32,315 nt of DNA from assembly GCF_001186125.1 (NCBI RefSeq), contig NW_014040146.1:6188-38502 (forward strand), in the 5' to 3' direction. Origin of the DNA: Sphaeroforma arctica JP610 (taxonomy: Eukaryota). Within the stretch, counting starts at the first letter, position 1. Every line of letters starts with the position of its first letter. A program made the position numbers and the translations under genes. Below the pieces are notes generated by a model. That model ran no database searches and was not told the origin of the DNA. It saw only the letters and a list, made by a program, of their open reading frames with translations. Shown here piece after piece: positions 1 through 12,800 of this stretch.

Positions 1-287
1 CTATATATATACAATGGTACATAGTGTATGCTGTGAAATATAAAAGAGATAGTATTTGAAGTGCGTGATGTATTAACTATGACTTGTGAGGCGTTAATTG
101 CTTAACTAAGTCTTTTGAGGCTTTATTTACTCACTCGCTTGGAGTCTTGTTTTTCTGACAAATCTGTTGTATCCTCATGTTTTACAGTCTTTCCAGCTAA
201 GGAGGGGTGATGATTTTCGATCTAGCGGTTGTAATTTGGGTATGAGCCTTGTGAATTCTGGCTTATTGTGCAGTTCTATCCGACACC

Positions 288-470
288 TCATTGCGGCTGC
301 TACACGAAGGACTTAATGGTTCGAACTTGGATCCGAACATTGTTGGCCAAGGCTAATTGCGATGATGGTTTCATTCGTCGTCAATTGCGGTTATTACATG
401 AAGGAGTGATTCGACCTTGGATCCGAGAATTCTTGGTTCCGCCTGATTGTGATGATGTTTGCATCTTGCG
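288..470. repeat. imperfect ~90-bp tandem duplication upstream of p62-1
   Basis: Two diverged copies of ..ttgcgg..taca(c/t)gaagga..ttcga(a/c)cttggatccga..att(g/c)ttgg..attg(c/t)gatgatg. Confidence 0.6.
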
Positions 471-783
471 ATTGATAAGGTACTACAGCGCGAGTGAGCG
501 CGACTGTTTGGGACTGCATAGTACATACACGCTCTCTAAAATAAAATAAAAACGTCAACTTTGGACTTGGGGGGTGTGAAATTCCAACACATTCCGGAAA
601 GATCTGAAAAGTGATGATGGATAGTGAATCCAAATGAAAATCAGTGTAATCAAAATCAATAATATTGAGATAATCTCAATATTTATGGGGCAAAGGCAAG
701 CCACAGAAACAGAGGTTGAAAATAAATATTGATCGAGACTGTTCTGTGACAAAATCTGCGTACGAATATTTCGTATATAGTTA

Positions 784-793
784 TATATAAAAG
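784..793 (+). promoter_or_regulatory. TATA box of p62 paralogue 1
   Basis: TATATAAAAG about 80 bp upstream of ATG 870. Paralogue 2 has an equivalent element at a similar distance. Confidence 0.6.
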
Positions 794-869
794 GCACAGC
801 TACATGCATTCTATTTTCATATCATAATACAACAAGTAAACTTACAAATAAATCAAAACAAGTATTGAA

Positions 870-2990
870 ATGACGTCTATCAAGGTCATTAATGGCCCTA
901 GCGACATCCGTCGGCTGCGTGCGGCTAATTGGGTTGACGCAAAAAAACAAATCCTGTCACGTTTCGATGCGCAAAACTTCACGGCCAAGTACGTTGACGA
1001 GGACGGCGATGACGTGACCATTTCGACTGAAGATGAGTTCCAGGAGGCGTTAGAGCAGGCTACAGGCACCCTTCGTGTGATCCTGTTTGACGTCGAGAAG
1101 CGCTCTGATGTCTCTGATATACCTAATATACCGGTAATGTCCTCTGATTTTGATAAAGAAGACACCGTGTTGGTTGAACCGGTCGACGAGACGTGTGTGG
1201 AACCGACAGTGGACGAGCCTGAAGAGGTACAGCCAGTGGTTACTGAGTCACTGTCTGAAGATAGTGATGCAGAGGACATGGGCGAACAACAGGCCACTGT
1301 AGAGGCTGTGGACACAGAGCCAGAGAGCAATGCCAAAGACAAAGAGGGCGATGCAGGTCAGGCTGAGAATGAAGGTGATGTGAACAATGAATACAAGTCT
1401 GAAACACATGAAGTAACAGTAGCGAATAATGTAGAGACAGAAACAAGCGGATCAAAGGCAACTGATACTAAAGTAGCAGAGGAGACTGCAACTGATAATA
1501 AGGATGGCAAGAAGGAGGCACCGAAATTATTTGACTTCTTGGAGTGTGTTTTAGGGAAGGGTATCGGAGAGCTGGTGGAGAACCTGGCCAAGATTGATTT
1601 GCGCGAATACAAGGATGATTCAGAGCAGAACGAGTCTACTGAGAGTTCCGAAACAACAAAGAAGCGCATGCACCCCGGCGTGTTCTGTGACCAGTGTGAA
1701 AAGACCATAGTGGGTACTCGCTACACCTGTATGGTATGCCCTGACTACGACATGTGTGACACCTGCTATCAGAGAGTGGGACATCCCGAGAATCACACAC
1801 TTGTGTTGCGCCCTGTGCCTGACTCGGAAAGTGGTCATTACGGACGTCCTGGGCGGTTTTCTCATTTCACTCCCGAGTATCTGAGTGGTCCCGATAATTT
1901 TAACGAACACATGATGCGTATGGGACAAAGTAGCCGTAACATGTACGGTGGATATCCACACGGCCGTGGTGTTCAGTACAACTTTGGAGGTCCCAACATG
2001 CAAGGCAGTGCATATATGTTTGGCGTGCCTATGCACAGGGATGTACCAGTCGCTCACCCTGGCTGTACTGGTTGCCCACCTAGACAGTGTAGAGTATGCC
2101 AGCAACGCCGTGCCCCACCTCAGGCACGAACTGAGCCTATGACTTTGTTCAACTTTCTAGATACCCTCAGAGGTCGGCAGACAAACGGTAGCGGTGAGCG
2201 TAAGGCCGCCGATAACAGGTGTGGAACCAATGTCAATGGTAAGCATGAAGCCAAGACAAGCGGCAAATCTTGCACGGCAAAGGAGGAAGGTTCTAGCGAC
2301 AATCGCAAATGCTTCAAACCGAAATTGTCCAATGTTACTGTGCGCGTTGTCAATGAGAAGACCCGGCCAAAGGCGGATGAGTTTGTGAAGAAGGCTACAG
2401 AGCCTGAGACGCCCGCAAAGGTCGAGCAAACTCCCAAGACAAAGGTCGAGCAAACTCCCAAGACAAAGGTCGAGCAAACTCCCAAGACAAAGGTCGAGCA
2501 AACTCCCAAGACAAAGGTCGAGCAAACTAGCGAGACAAAGGTCGAGCAATCTCCGGAGTTAAAGGTCGAGCTATGTCCCGAGAGTGTCGCTGACAGTAAG
2601 AGTACCGAACAGACTGTGAGTCCTCCTGACAGCAAGAGTACACAACAGACTGTGAGTGCCCCTGACAGTAAGAGTGCGAAACAGACTGTGAGTGCTGATG
2701 ACAGTAAGAGCACCCAACAGCCTGTGAGTTCTGGTGACAGTAAAGGTACCGAACATGACCAGGGCGAATTTGTCATAGTGGAAACCGTGCCAGATATTGA
2801 AGAACCTTCTACGTCATCTGCTCCCAGCGCGTCTGCTAGTGGAGCTAGTACACCCAAGGAACATCTGGATATCATGCACACGCTATACGAGATGGGGTTC
2901 AAAGACCGTTCGCTGAATGCAGCATACATCCGTATGTATGGGTCGGATGTGAGTGAGATCGCCAACCGCTTGAGCGAGCGTAAGAGTTGA
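870..2990 (+). CDS. p62/SQSTM1-like selective autophagy receptor, paralogue 1 (PB1-ZZ-LIR-UBA), single exon, 706 aa
   Basis: N-terminal PB1 with basic cluster (IKV, IRRLR) and OPCA motif YVDEDGDDVTISTEDEF. ZZ finger HPGVFCDQCEKTIVGTRYTCMVCPDYDMCDTCY..H...H. LIR-like E-FVIV-E at 2769-2780. C-terminal UBA LYEMGFKDRSLNAAYIRMYGSDVSEIANRL. No four-Trp (FW) domain is visible, so p62-like rather than NBR1-like. Confidence 0.92.
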   Translation: MTSIKVINGPSDIRRLRAANWVDAKKQILSRFDAQNFTAKYVDEDGDDVTISTEDEFQEALEQATGTLRVILFDVEKRSDVSDIPNIPVMSSDFDKEDTVLVEPVDETCVEPTVDEPEEVQPVVTESLSEDSDAEDMGEQQATVEAVDTEPESNAKDKEGDAGQAENEGDVNNEYKSETHEVTVANNVETETSGSKATDTKVAEETATDNKDGKKEAPKLFDFLECVLGKGIGELVENLAKIDLREYKDDSEQNESTESSETTKKRMHPGVFCDQCEKTIVGTRYTCMVCPDYDMCDTCYQRVGHPENHTLVLRPVPDSESGHYGRPGRFSHFTPEYLSGPDNFNEHMMRMGQSSRNMYGGYPHGRGVQYNFGGPNMQGSAYMFGVPMHRDVPVAHPGCTGCPPRQCRVCQQRRAPPQARTEPMTLFNFLDTLRGRQTNGSGERKAADNRCGTNVNGKHEAKTSGKSCTAKEEGSSDNRKCFKPKLSNVTVRVVNEKTRPKADEFVKKATEPETPAKVEQTPKTKVEQTPKTKVEQTPKTKVEQTPKTKVEQTSETKVEQSPELKVELCPESVADSKSTEQTVSPPDSKSTQQTVSAPDSKSAKQTVSADDSKSTQQPVSSGDSKGTEHDQGEFVIVETVPDIEEPSTSSAPSASASGASTPKEHLDIMHTLYEMGFKDRSLNAAYIRMYGSDVSEIANRLSERKS
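2418..2750 (+). repeat. coding tandem repeats in p62-1: 24-bp unit (KVEQTPKT, 4 exact + 3 degenerate) then ~36-bp unit (DSKSTQQTVSAP-like, ~4.5 copies)
   Basis: aaggtcgagcaaactcccaagaca at 2418, 2442, 2466 and 2490; gacag(t/c)aagag...actgtgagt units from about 2592. Confidence 0.95.
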
Positions 2991-4087
2991 GTAATCAGTG
3001 TTGGGATTGGTGTACTCGGCCTAGGTTTCATCCTAGGCACGGCACACGAAAGTTTAGATATTGAGAAAGCGCATATGTAAGCGCTGATTATCAATCCCGG
3101 TTAGCTGTGTGACTGGGAGGGTAGTAGAGTAGGTCATAATAATAATAAATACATAACACTGAATATGCTTGTACGAGAATTTAAAACAACTTGAATGCTT
3201 GTACGATAATTAAAATCAACTAGAACATGCAGACGGTTGATAGAGTGAGCACTCAGGAAGCCTGATGATAATCTATATTTTTATACCTTTGTTTCTGGCC
3301 ACTAGCGGTAGGCAAATAATAAACGACGTGTTGAGTTCATATCTTCAGTATGCGCGTGTGAATATATACTGCTTGTTGGCACGAGAAGACTACATAGAGA
3401 GATACAGTATAATGATGAGTACGCTAAGCTGTTGCGTTCTAACAATTAGTTATGCAGCAATTGATAATGTGCGATGATTATACTAAACACTTGAGTATCA
3501 AGACCAGTATGCTTATTCGAGATGAGAAAGGTGTGTGAGTTGTATACTATAAATAAAGAGTGAATTTACGAAACGTACTATTCAGGAGACCTAATAACAT
3601 ATTGATGGTAGCTGACGAAGACAATATTCATATGGCCGAGAAATTATAATACGCATTGCTAATCCCAGGACGTCGACAACACGAACCGACTATATCAAAC
3701 AGCCTAGCTTGATCAACTATGCACCTGAATATAAACTTCCAGTTGTTGAGCTCAACTAACGCATTTACAAAAGACTCAGTAGACTACGAATATCAGCATT
3801 ACACTCCGCAGGCGACCGGGTGTAGATCTTCTTTCTCAGTAGTATATCGAACTATATATTAAGACAGTGATGTTGTAGATATATGGTATGTGGTCGTGTG
3901 ATCTGTTGTTGTACACGTTTTACCAATTCGTGCCCACCGAGTGATTTGAAATAAATATGCAGGTGTCACCGAGTGTTTATCTATCATTTTTTTTGGGGGG
4001 GGGTATAATTTGCATGAAATACTTCACGTTAAATTCGCAATTAGGACTGTGCATGGATATCAGTGTACGGATACCAAGTCAACGAAC

Positions 4088-4676
4088 ATGAAGGTCTTAG
4101 CTTGCCTGCTGCTGCTTAATGCGGGGGCATTAGTGGCTGGGGATGGGGCCTTTATACAGCCGCCTGGGTTCAACTGTACGGTATGTTATACTACACACTG
4201 GGCACGAGTAGAGATCTTCAACACAAGCAACCATGTAAACAGTTGGGAACATTGTACAAGTGCTATACTATACACGTATACACACGCTGGGCTCAAGTAC
4301 ATTGAATATCTAGTTGAAGATAGTACGTATGCGTAATCCCAGCAACATTCAGCTTGTGTAGGTTTGATATGCAGCGCCGTGTGTGCAACCGTGTTGAGAG
4401 TAGAAGTTCTGTATTTTTGTGTGTACGTGTATGTTTTGTGTATAGATGCAGCTTGTCTTTATTAGAGACCTATCACAATAGAAAATAAGCGATTGTGGAA
4501 TGGATTGTATGGTTATGTCTTTGTTCCTCTGCCAATTTGTACTTCTATAGAAATGTTTTACATCATAGCAGCTCCGGTTGATGTGTACATCTTTGTAGTC
4601 AATCAGACTTGCTTTGAACTGGAATTCACTAGTATTGAATTAAACAGTGACAATTAAGCATATATACAATACTATA

Positions 4677-4728
<52 letters not shown>

Positions 4729-6630
4729 TGTGTATATGTATAGTTTTATATTTAGTTATATATATACATATTGGTTCACTTTTTAAACCACCGTTGCCGC
4801 AGATTTGTTTGATCTACACATCCAGTATGTATTTTTTCTGTGCCAGATTCACTTCAATATCCTCATACACCCTTCCCTTCATAATACTATATCCAGTTGC
4901 AAGGGATATCGATAGCTTGCGCAGGCTTATCACCTTACAAAATAGTAGTGCTGAGCTAAGAGCCGATTGTGCTCATATAACCCATTGCCTGCGTTGTAAC
5001 CCTACTGCAGGTGAATGATGCCGACGGTGTGCGTACTCTAATGTCGTGTGTTGCAGCCCCGGGGTCGCTGTCGTTGAACCTCGACATGCGAAATCTCGAT
5101 AAGGTGGCCGAGGGAGCATTCAAAGGTATTATGAATGGTTGTATTGAGATATTGTGATGTATATCCACAGTTGTTTTGTGATATGGTGATGCATATACTT
5201 TGTTGACAGTTGTGCCGGGCCATGTAATGTACTAGTCTACGGACGGATGTTGTAGGGTGTCGGGTCCTTAACACTTTTATATAGTGCAACTTTTGTTACA
5301 AATAGGTCAACTTATGTTTTAACGTCAACTTATGTTTTATATATGTCAACTTTTTATAGTATTTCAGCTTATGTTTCCTGCATCCGAGATAGATTATCAT
5401 ACACATAAATTATAGAATTGCTTATTTCTTCTCTCTTATCCACTCCAGCGAGGACACGAATGGCACATACCGTTCACTTTAAGGAGATGTACTATTCCAT
5501 ACGTAGATTAGAACAGCGCTAGAGCCTCGTATGCTCCGCCCTTATTACGGCTTAGACACATAATACACACACTGTATGGTGACGCTAGCGCCTCCCCGCG
5601 TTCGCTTCATATAGCATACCTACCAAGAACACGTATCTCTTCCTACACCCTTACTGTTCATTCCGCGCACACGGTCAGTAGCACTGGAGCGTTGCATCAC
5701 ATCCACAGTGTTACTGTCCATGCGCTGGTTGTCTCATCTTTCCCTTGCCTCCCATCCAACGTATCACAGGCCTTACCGTCCCACTGATTGATCTTAGTCA
5801 CAACAATCTCAAGACACTCCCTGGGAACACGCTCTGTGGCAATGCGACGGGTATGTACGCGTTAGAGAAGGTTGATGTAGGCTGTTTACATACTGATCGC
5901 GGGTTCTAGATAATATGTGTATGAGTATGCCATCCTATAGATCGATATAGTATGTGCATTTTCTTACATTCTAGGCCTGTCGGTGTCCAGCACTGCTGCA
6001 CTCCACACCGAATGCTGGCGCAGGTGGTGTGTATGTACATCCCACACGAGGTGTTATATACGTACATATATCCAAGCTCATCAGTACAACAGATAGTATA
6101 CATACATATCTCCAAGGTCAGCGACACAACAGATAGCTCCATTACACCCGCATAATTCTTTCTCAAAGGCATCCCAACACTTCACCGACAACACAGGAGC
6201 CCAAAGCGTCTTGACGATTGTGCTGGATCACAACTTCCTCTCTACGTTTGATGTGAACACGTTCGCGGGCTGTGCCAATCTCACGGACCTGTCTGTGCAG
6301 TACAACGCTGAGCTAAAAGGCCCATTTCCCAACGATATGCTGAAGGACTCTGCGTTGACACTGCAGTTCATACGGATGAGTGGCCATGGTATGACGGTAC
6401 TACCGGTCGAGTGGCTCGAAGGGCTGGTATGTGGAGAGAGAGACACTGCAGTACAAAAGCACTCGTTTAGCATGACATACGTATATATTTATATATTTAT
6501 ATATATATATATAAGTACGCACACATATATATATGTATATATATAAGTACACATACACACACACACATATATATATACATATATATATATAAGTACGCAC
6601 ACACATATATATATATATATAAGTACACAT

Positions 6631-6662
<32 letters not shown>

Positions 6663-6799
6663 GTGTGTATCTGTATGGACATGCATATGGATAAGGATAT
6701 TTGTAAGTATATGTACATTGATGTATGTATATATATGTATGCATGTATGTTGGCCTGTATGTAGTAGTAGTATGTATGTATGTATGTATGTATAGTATA

Positions 6800-6840
<41 letters not shown>

Positions 6841-9800
6841 CGTGTGTGTATGTATATATGTATATTTATATCCATATGTATGTATATGTCTTTCTATTTT
6901 GATATTGTCTCAACCACTCACTCACTACAGATGTACAGAAGTTTTATGCATCTCTACAAACACCTCTCACATCTAGTAGCCACGTATTACAATAAACCAC
7001 CCTAATATCAGGAAGCACTACACGCCACCGATACGTGGTAGTCACACCCTGTAGTACTCTATAAATACACACAGGAGGGTCTGCACGAACTAGTCCTTCG
7101 AGAAGGGCCTCTAACGACAATCACAAACCCACTACCGAAGGCATTGGGGACCAACCTTACACGACTAGACCTATCACACAACCGCATCAACACACTACCT
7201 AGCGCGTGCATGATCAGCAACCTCACCAAACTGGAAGCCTTGCAGCTGCGGGCAAATGCCATAGCGGATGTGAAGTCTCTGCGGTTTGACCACACCCTGT
7301 CCGTGTCCACTGTAGATCTCACAATGAACAAAATCACCACGCTGGAGGAGGGTGTGTCTGACAGACTATGATAAGAGTGTGTGTGTGACAGACTATGATA
7401 TGAGTGTATGTGTGACAGACTGTGATATGAGTGGGTGTCTGACAGACTGTGATATGAGTGTGTGTCTGACAGACTATGATATGAGTGTATGTCTGAAAGA
7501 CTGTGATATGAGTGTGTTTGAGATGCGTGTACTGTATGTGTCCGCCTTGCCGTGTATATTGGTTATGCATTTGGCGTATATCAGTAATCGTGTCTGTGCA
7601 GGCTGTGCGTGTGTATGTATGTGTGTGTATGTGTGTGCGTGTCTGTGTGTCTGTGTATGCCCATATTATATCATCACGCAGACACGTACACCCGCATCCG
7701 AATACATGTCACATATACTAACACACCCCAACCGACTATTACACGGTGCTACTTGCACAGGGTGTCTGTACCGTCTGAATGCACTGAAGGGTTTGCGGTC
7801 GCTTGACTTGAGTGGCAACGGACTGCACACCATTGCTCAGAGTGTCTTTGGAAACAGCTCATGGCCCCATCTCACCACACTCAACCTCGCGCATAATGCT
7901 CTCACGCGGATCGACATACCTCTGTTTAAAGGTATGTGTGTGGGGTATCGATTGATGTTTTGATGTCAATTGTTGTATATATATATATATATATATATAT
8001 GTTTGTGTGTATACAAGACGGCGGAATGTATGCATTTGTATAACCTTTGGAGATTAGATGTTAACCCTAGCGCGGGCGAAGGTATCAGCAAGAGGCAAGG
8101 CAGGTCGCAGCGACTAATACAAAACACGTTGATCTCCCACAACCCAGGCCTTGGAAACTTGACAGATCTGGTGCTAAGTTACAATCAGATCGCCGTCATC
8201 GAACCCACCGTGTGGACTGGGTTGGCCCATTTATTGGCCCTGCGATTGCGTGGTAATGCCCTCAAGGCACTACTGAATCACACGCTCGACGATGTACGGC
8301 CTACACTGGAGACACTCGACATGTCTCACAACCAGATCCAATCTGTGGCCACAGGTATGTACAACTCACACAGCAATGCCGATTGGACCGCTACATAGGC
8401 CATACGCACCATCCTGTTCTTGTGTGTTTTGTTCCGTTCGTGTGGTGTGTTGTCTTTGCTTGATTGGTTGATACATTGGAATAGCGCTATACAATTCACA
8501 TTATAAGTATATGTATTGTATATGTATTTTATATTACCCATTCTAAGTATATTTATTGCATATGTATTGTATGATACACATTCTAAGTATATGTATGGTA
8601 TATTACCCATTCTCAGTATATGTGTTGTATATGTATTGTATAGTACACATTCTAAGTATTGTATATTACTCATTCTAAGTATATGTACGTATCAGGCTCA
8701 CCCATTCGCGAACCTCCAACGGTGTACGTGACGGGCCAGCTCATCAATGCACCCCACCCACTCGAGATGCGCCACTTTGCATCGGTGGGTGATAAGTTGT
8801 TTTGTTGTCTACATTGTACAGTGGCTCTGGCAGTATTGCATACGGGTAGTTGTGTGGCAGTGTATCTATATGCCTATATCTGTGTATATAACCAGTAATC
8901 TATATATAACGTGGTCATCGGCTTATATCCGTGTATATAACCAGTAATCTATATACACGTAGCCATTGGCTTATATCCTTGTATATAACCAGTAACCTAT
9001 ATATACGTAGCCATTGGCCTATATCCGTATATAAACCAGTAATATTTATATATACGCAGCCATTGGCCTATATCCGTATATATATCCAGTAATCTATATA
9101 TATGTAACCATTGACATGTCACTCTGTCAAGCCTTGCCTCTCTACTTGGCACTCAGTCCATCATACTGCCTTTAACCTAGCACCACCTTATACCGTCCCA
9201 TTCAGACAGTATACTCAGCTTTAGCGCATCCTCATTCACTAACGTCTCATATGTTGTACTGCATGCTTTCTCACTCTCTCGCTCACACACCCACACACTC
9301 TCTCTCTCACTCTCTCACAAACTCACTCACTCTCACACTCACTTTCTCTCTCGCACACGCACACTCACTCACTCTCTCTCTCTCTCTCGCACACACACAC
9401 TCACACACACTCTCTCTCTCTCTCGCACACACACACTCACTCACTCTCTCTCTCTCTCTCTCTTCTCCATTGTTTGGAACAGACGTCTTCGTGAACATGA
9501 CTAAGCTGCGCACACTCGACTTGTCCTTCAATAACATTGCATCACTGCCCGACGATACGTTTGGCTGCTGTGGTATGTTGTGAGTCCTGGTGTAAGGGTG
9601 TGATACCTAGATATGGATGTTGTGTGTATGTATGTATATCAGGACTTGATGTATTCTAAATCATGTGTATGTTGTGCTCTATACATGCATGTGGTTGTTC
9701 GGGTTTTGTGGATATCCGCGTAGTGCAACGTAGCACTGAAGTCTCTTATAGCTGGCTCTCCCGAGCAACCCACTGTGTCGCTGCAGGTTGTTGGCGGAGT

Positions 9801-12800
9801 TTCCTTACAATGCGCATCCAGTCCTCTTTATTTGTCCATTATCATCGCAGCCGTAGGCCCTTTTTGCATGTACCTTCGTAGACTCAGGCTCCCAAAAGTT
9901 ACTGAATGGATAATCAACATGTACTCATTCTATAGCGTGTCATCGGAAGAGCTCACATCTATTCCTCACTAAATGTCCTCTATCTTTCAACACAGGTTCG
10001 AATCTGGTGGACGTTCGGTTGGAGAGCAATCGACTGACATCTCTAAGTGAACAACTGACACATGCGTTGTTACCTGCGCATATGACAATGTTCAGTATAG
10101 CACGCAACCCATTGTCGTGTTGCACACTGCGACCGTGGCTGGATGGACGCTTTAAGGAGATAATGACGGTGTGTATCTGTATACATACATGATCACATAT
10201 TCATTAACAAGGAGATAACGTCGGAGTGTATCTGTATACATACATGATCACATATTCATTAACAAGGAGATAACGTCGGTGTGTATATGTATACATACAT
10301 GATAACATATTCAGCAACAAGGCTCATGTGTACACACATACATGCTCCTCGCTTCATCAGAGTGAGCAAGGTTTGCGTATTATACGATTATGCGTGTATC
10401 AGCTTGTACAGGTGTTGAGCTGATCATCTGCACATATACCGACCCCTTTCTGTCTACTCCTTGCCTGTACACCCCCTCCTACCTTCAATACCATATCTCG
10501 TTGAGACTTACATACCTACGTTGACACCACCCTCCTTGGCACATACATACCTACTTTGTCATCACACTCCTTGGCACATACATACCTACCTTGTCATCAC
10601 ACTCCTTGGCACATACATACCTACCTTGCCATCACACTCCTTGGCACTTACATACCTACCTTGTCATCACACTCCTTGGTACTTACATACCTACCTTGTC
10701 ATCGCACTCCTTGACACTTACATACCTACCTTGGTGCTTATATACCTACCTTGACAACCTCTATACCTACTCAGTCGACAACGAGTGCATCTAGCCCCGA
10801 CTACAATTGCACAGACATGGGCGAGGTTTATACTACGCCGTCGTTTGGGTCCAGCAACGACACAGCGCTTCACCTCGAGTGCACCTTCGGCAGATATGGC
10901 CCCTGGACAGAATGGGGATGTCAGTGTGAGGATGGGTTCAAGGAGGTGTCTAAGTGAGTGGTCGTTGTCTTTTCTGTGGGTGTGGGATGACACTGTGTAC
11001 AGGACGTGTAGGTGCTGGTTTATAACATGTGCATTGGACTGAGCTTTAAATTTATGATAGGTGTACAAGTGAGTGTACATTACCTTTACTGTGGGTGTGG
11101 GATGACACTGTGTGCAGGACGTGTAGGTGCTGGCTTATATCATGTGCATTGGATTGAGCTGTTGATTTATGATAGGTGTCTAAGTGAGTGTTCATTGTCT
11201 TTCCTGTGGGTGTGAGATGACACTGTGTACATGACGTGTAGGTGCTGGCTTATATCATGTGCGTTGGGTTGAGCTGTAGAATCATGATACACATACCTTA
11301 CCGGGATAGCATGGTCACGGGTGTCCTAGTGGCGTGGTGTGTATGCATACACTAATAGTGATGTGTATATAGGTCATAACGACTACTATTCACTGATAAT
11401 ACATTTTGTATTGATACCTATTGGGTGTACACAGGCAATATCGGCAACGGGATTGTGACACACCCGCGCCCTTGCACGCCAGCAAAGGCTGCATCGCCTC
11501 AGGACAGGGTGACGCCTTTGAGAAGGGCGAAGCGTGTGACTGTGCCACTGTGGGTGAGTGGGCCATGGTACAACACGCGGTGATATGTGACAAGTGTATA
11601 CAATAACAGAACAAGGCTGTGGTGTGGGATAGATAAGATGTATCTTGGGTAACCATAGCAACGCACACGCATGGATTAGCTTCACAGGATACCTGTACAG
11701 GATTATGTGTGTATAGTAGGCCGTGCAAGGTGTGGCGTGCGTGGATAACGCAACTGTCTACCCCCGCTGCAGAATGCAACAACCTGTTGTGAGTTCTCGT
11801 TACTATACCACAGTGCTAGTCTCATATTCATCACTTATGGCATCTAGCTACAATACCAACTACACTACCAGCTACAATAGTAACTACACTACCAGCTACA
11901 ATAGTAATTACTCTACTAGCTACAATAGTAACTACACTACCAGCTACAATAGCTATTGCACTACCAGCTACAATAGTAACTTACCCTACCAACTAGCATG
12001 ATCACGAGTTCCACCGCGTATGGCCTCCCAGCCCCAAGCATACGAACCAATATGCTCATTAGAGTTAAATAATATATACTAACATAATATATAGTATAGC
12101 CATATAACATAGTAACTAATTACCGCTCCACTTACAATCCCTTTCCTCGACTTCAGTGCCAACTACCACGACAATGGCATCAACCGCTACTACACAGACA
12201 CAGACAGGCACGTCCGCACCCACGGAAACGGCACCCATACCTACCCCGATAGCCGCCACACCAACACCCTCGCCTCAGCCCACTCACCATAAGAGCTCGG
12301 GATTCGTGGTATGAGTGTTTGGGTGTAGTGCCACATGCGTGGTGAGTCTGAGGGTTTTAGTATCATTTGTACACGCCACTAGAGGGTTGGGTTTGTAGTG
12401 TTTGGATGTGTTGAGCACGCCTAGTGGTGCATAACTGTTGTGTCGACTTTGTGACTGAAAAAAAAACGTGTTAGTTCAAGGCGAATTGTATTAGTTCGAG
12501 TGAAAGAAACAGTATTAGTTCAAGGCGTATTGTATTAGGTCGAGTGAAAAAAGCAGTATTAGTTCAAGGCGTAAAGTACCTGTATGGGTGATAGCGGGTA
12601 GTGTACGAATGCGAGCGGATGTATTAAGGGCCTGTGAGCGTATGATGAGTTGTGGACACTTCGGCCACACCTTGGTAATACTCTAAAGCTCCAATTCAGG
12701 TCCATTGCTTGAGATTACAAGAGTATGGATGTTCACAAGTCATCTTAAAAACTTTGTATGATTCGTCGTAGAAAGTGTTTTTCTTGTGTAAATCCATGCC

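Noticed and set aside
575..780. Heat-shock-element-like TTCnnGAA and the TACGAA-tat-TTCGTA inverted repeat upstream of p62-1
   Set aside because: Fewer than three correctly spaced nGAAn units; such matches are expected by chance in AT-rich DNA.
2120..3094. Long antisense ORFs over the p62 genes (also 842-1342, 24451-24897, 24555-25445, 25951-26397)
   Set aside because: They are shadow frames of the real CDS and its repeats, with no recognisable domains.
6400..6976. [10 protein letters not shown]-type ORFs (also 4647-5018, 16686-16994)
   Set aside because: They are translations of intronic (TA)n and (TG)n microsatellites.
8696..8790. Possible extra LRR-gene exon (GSPIREPPTVYV...)
   Set aside because: It has no LRR pattern, and exon 7 joins exon 8 in phase to give a clean repeat (IQSVATDVFVNMTKL).
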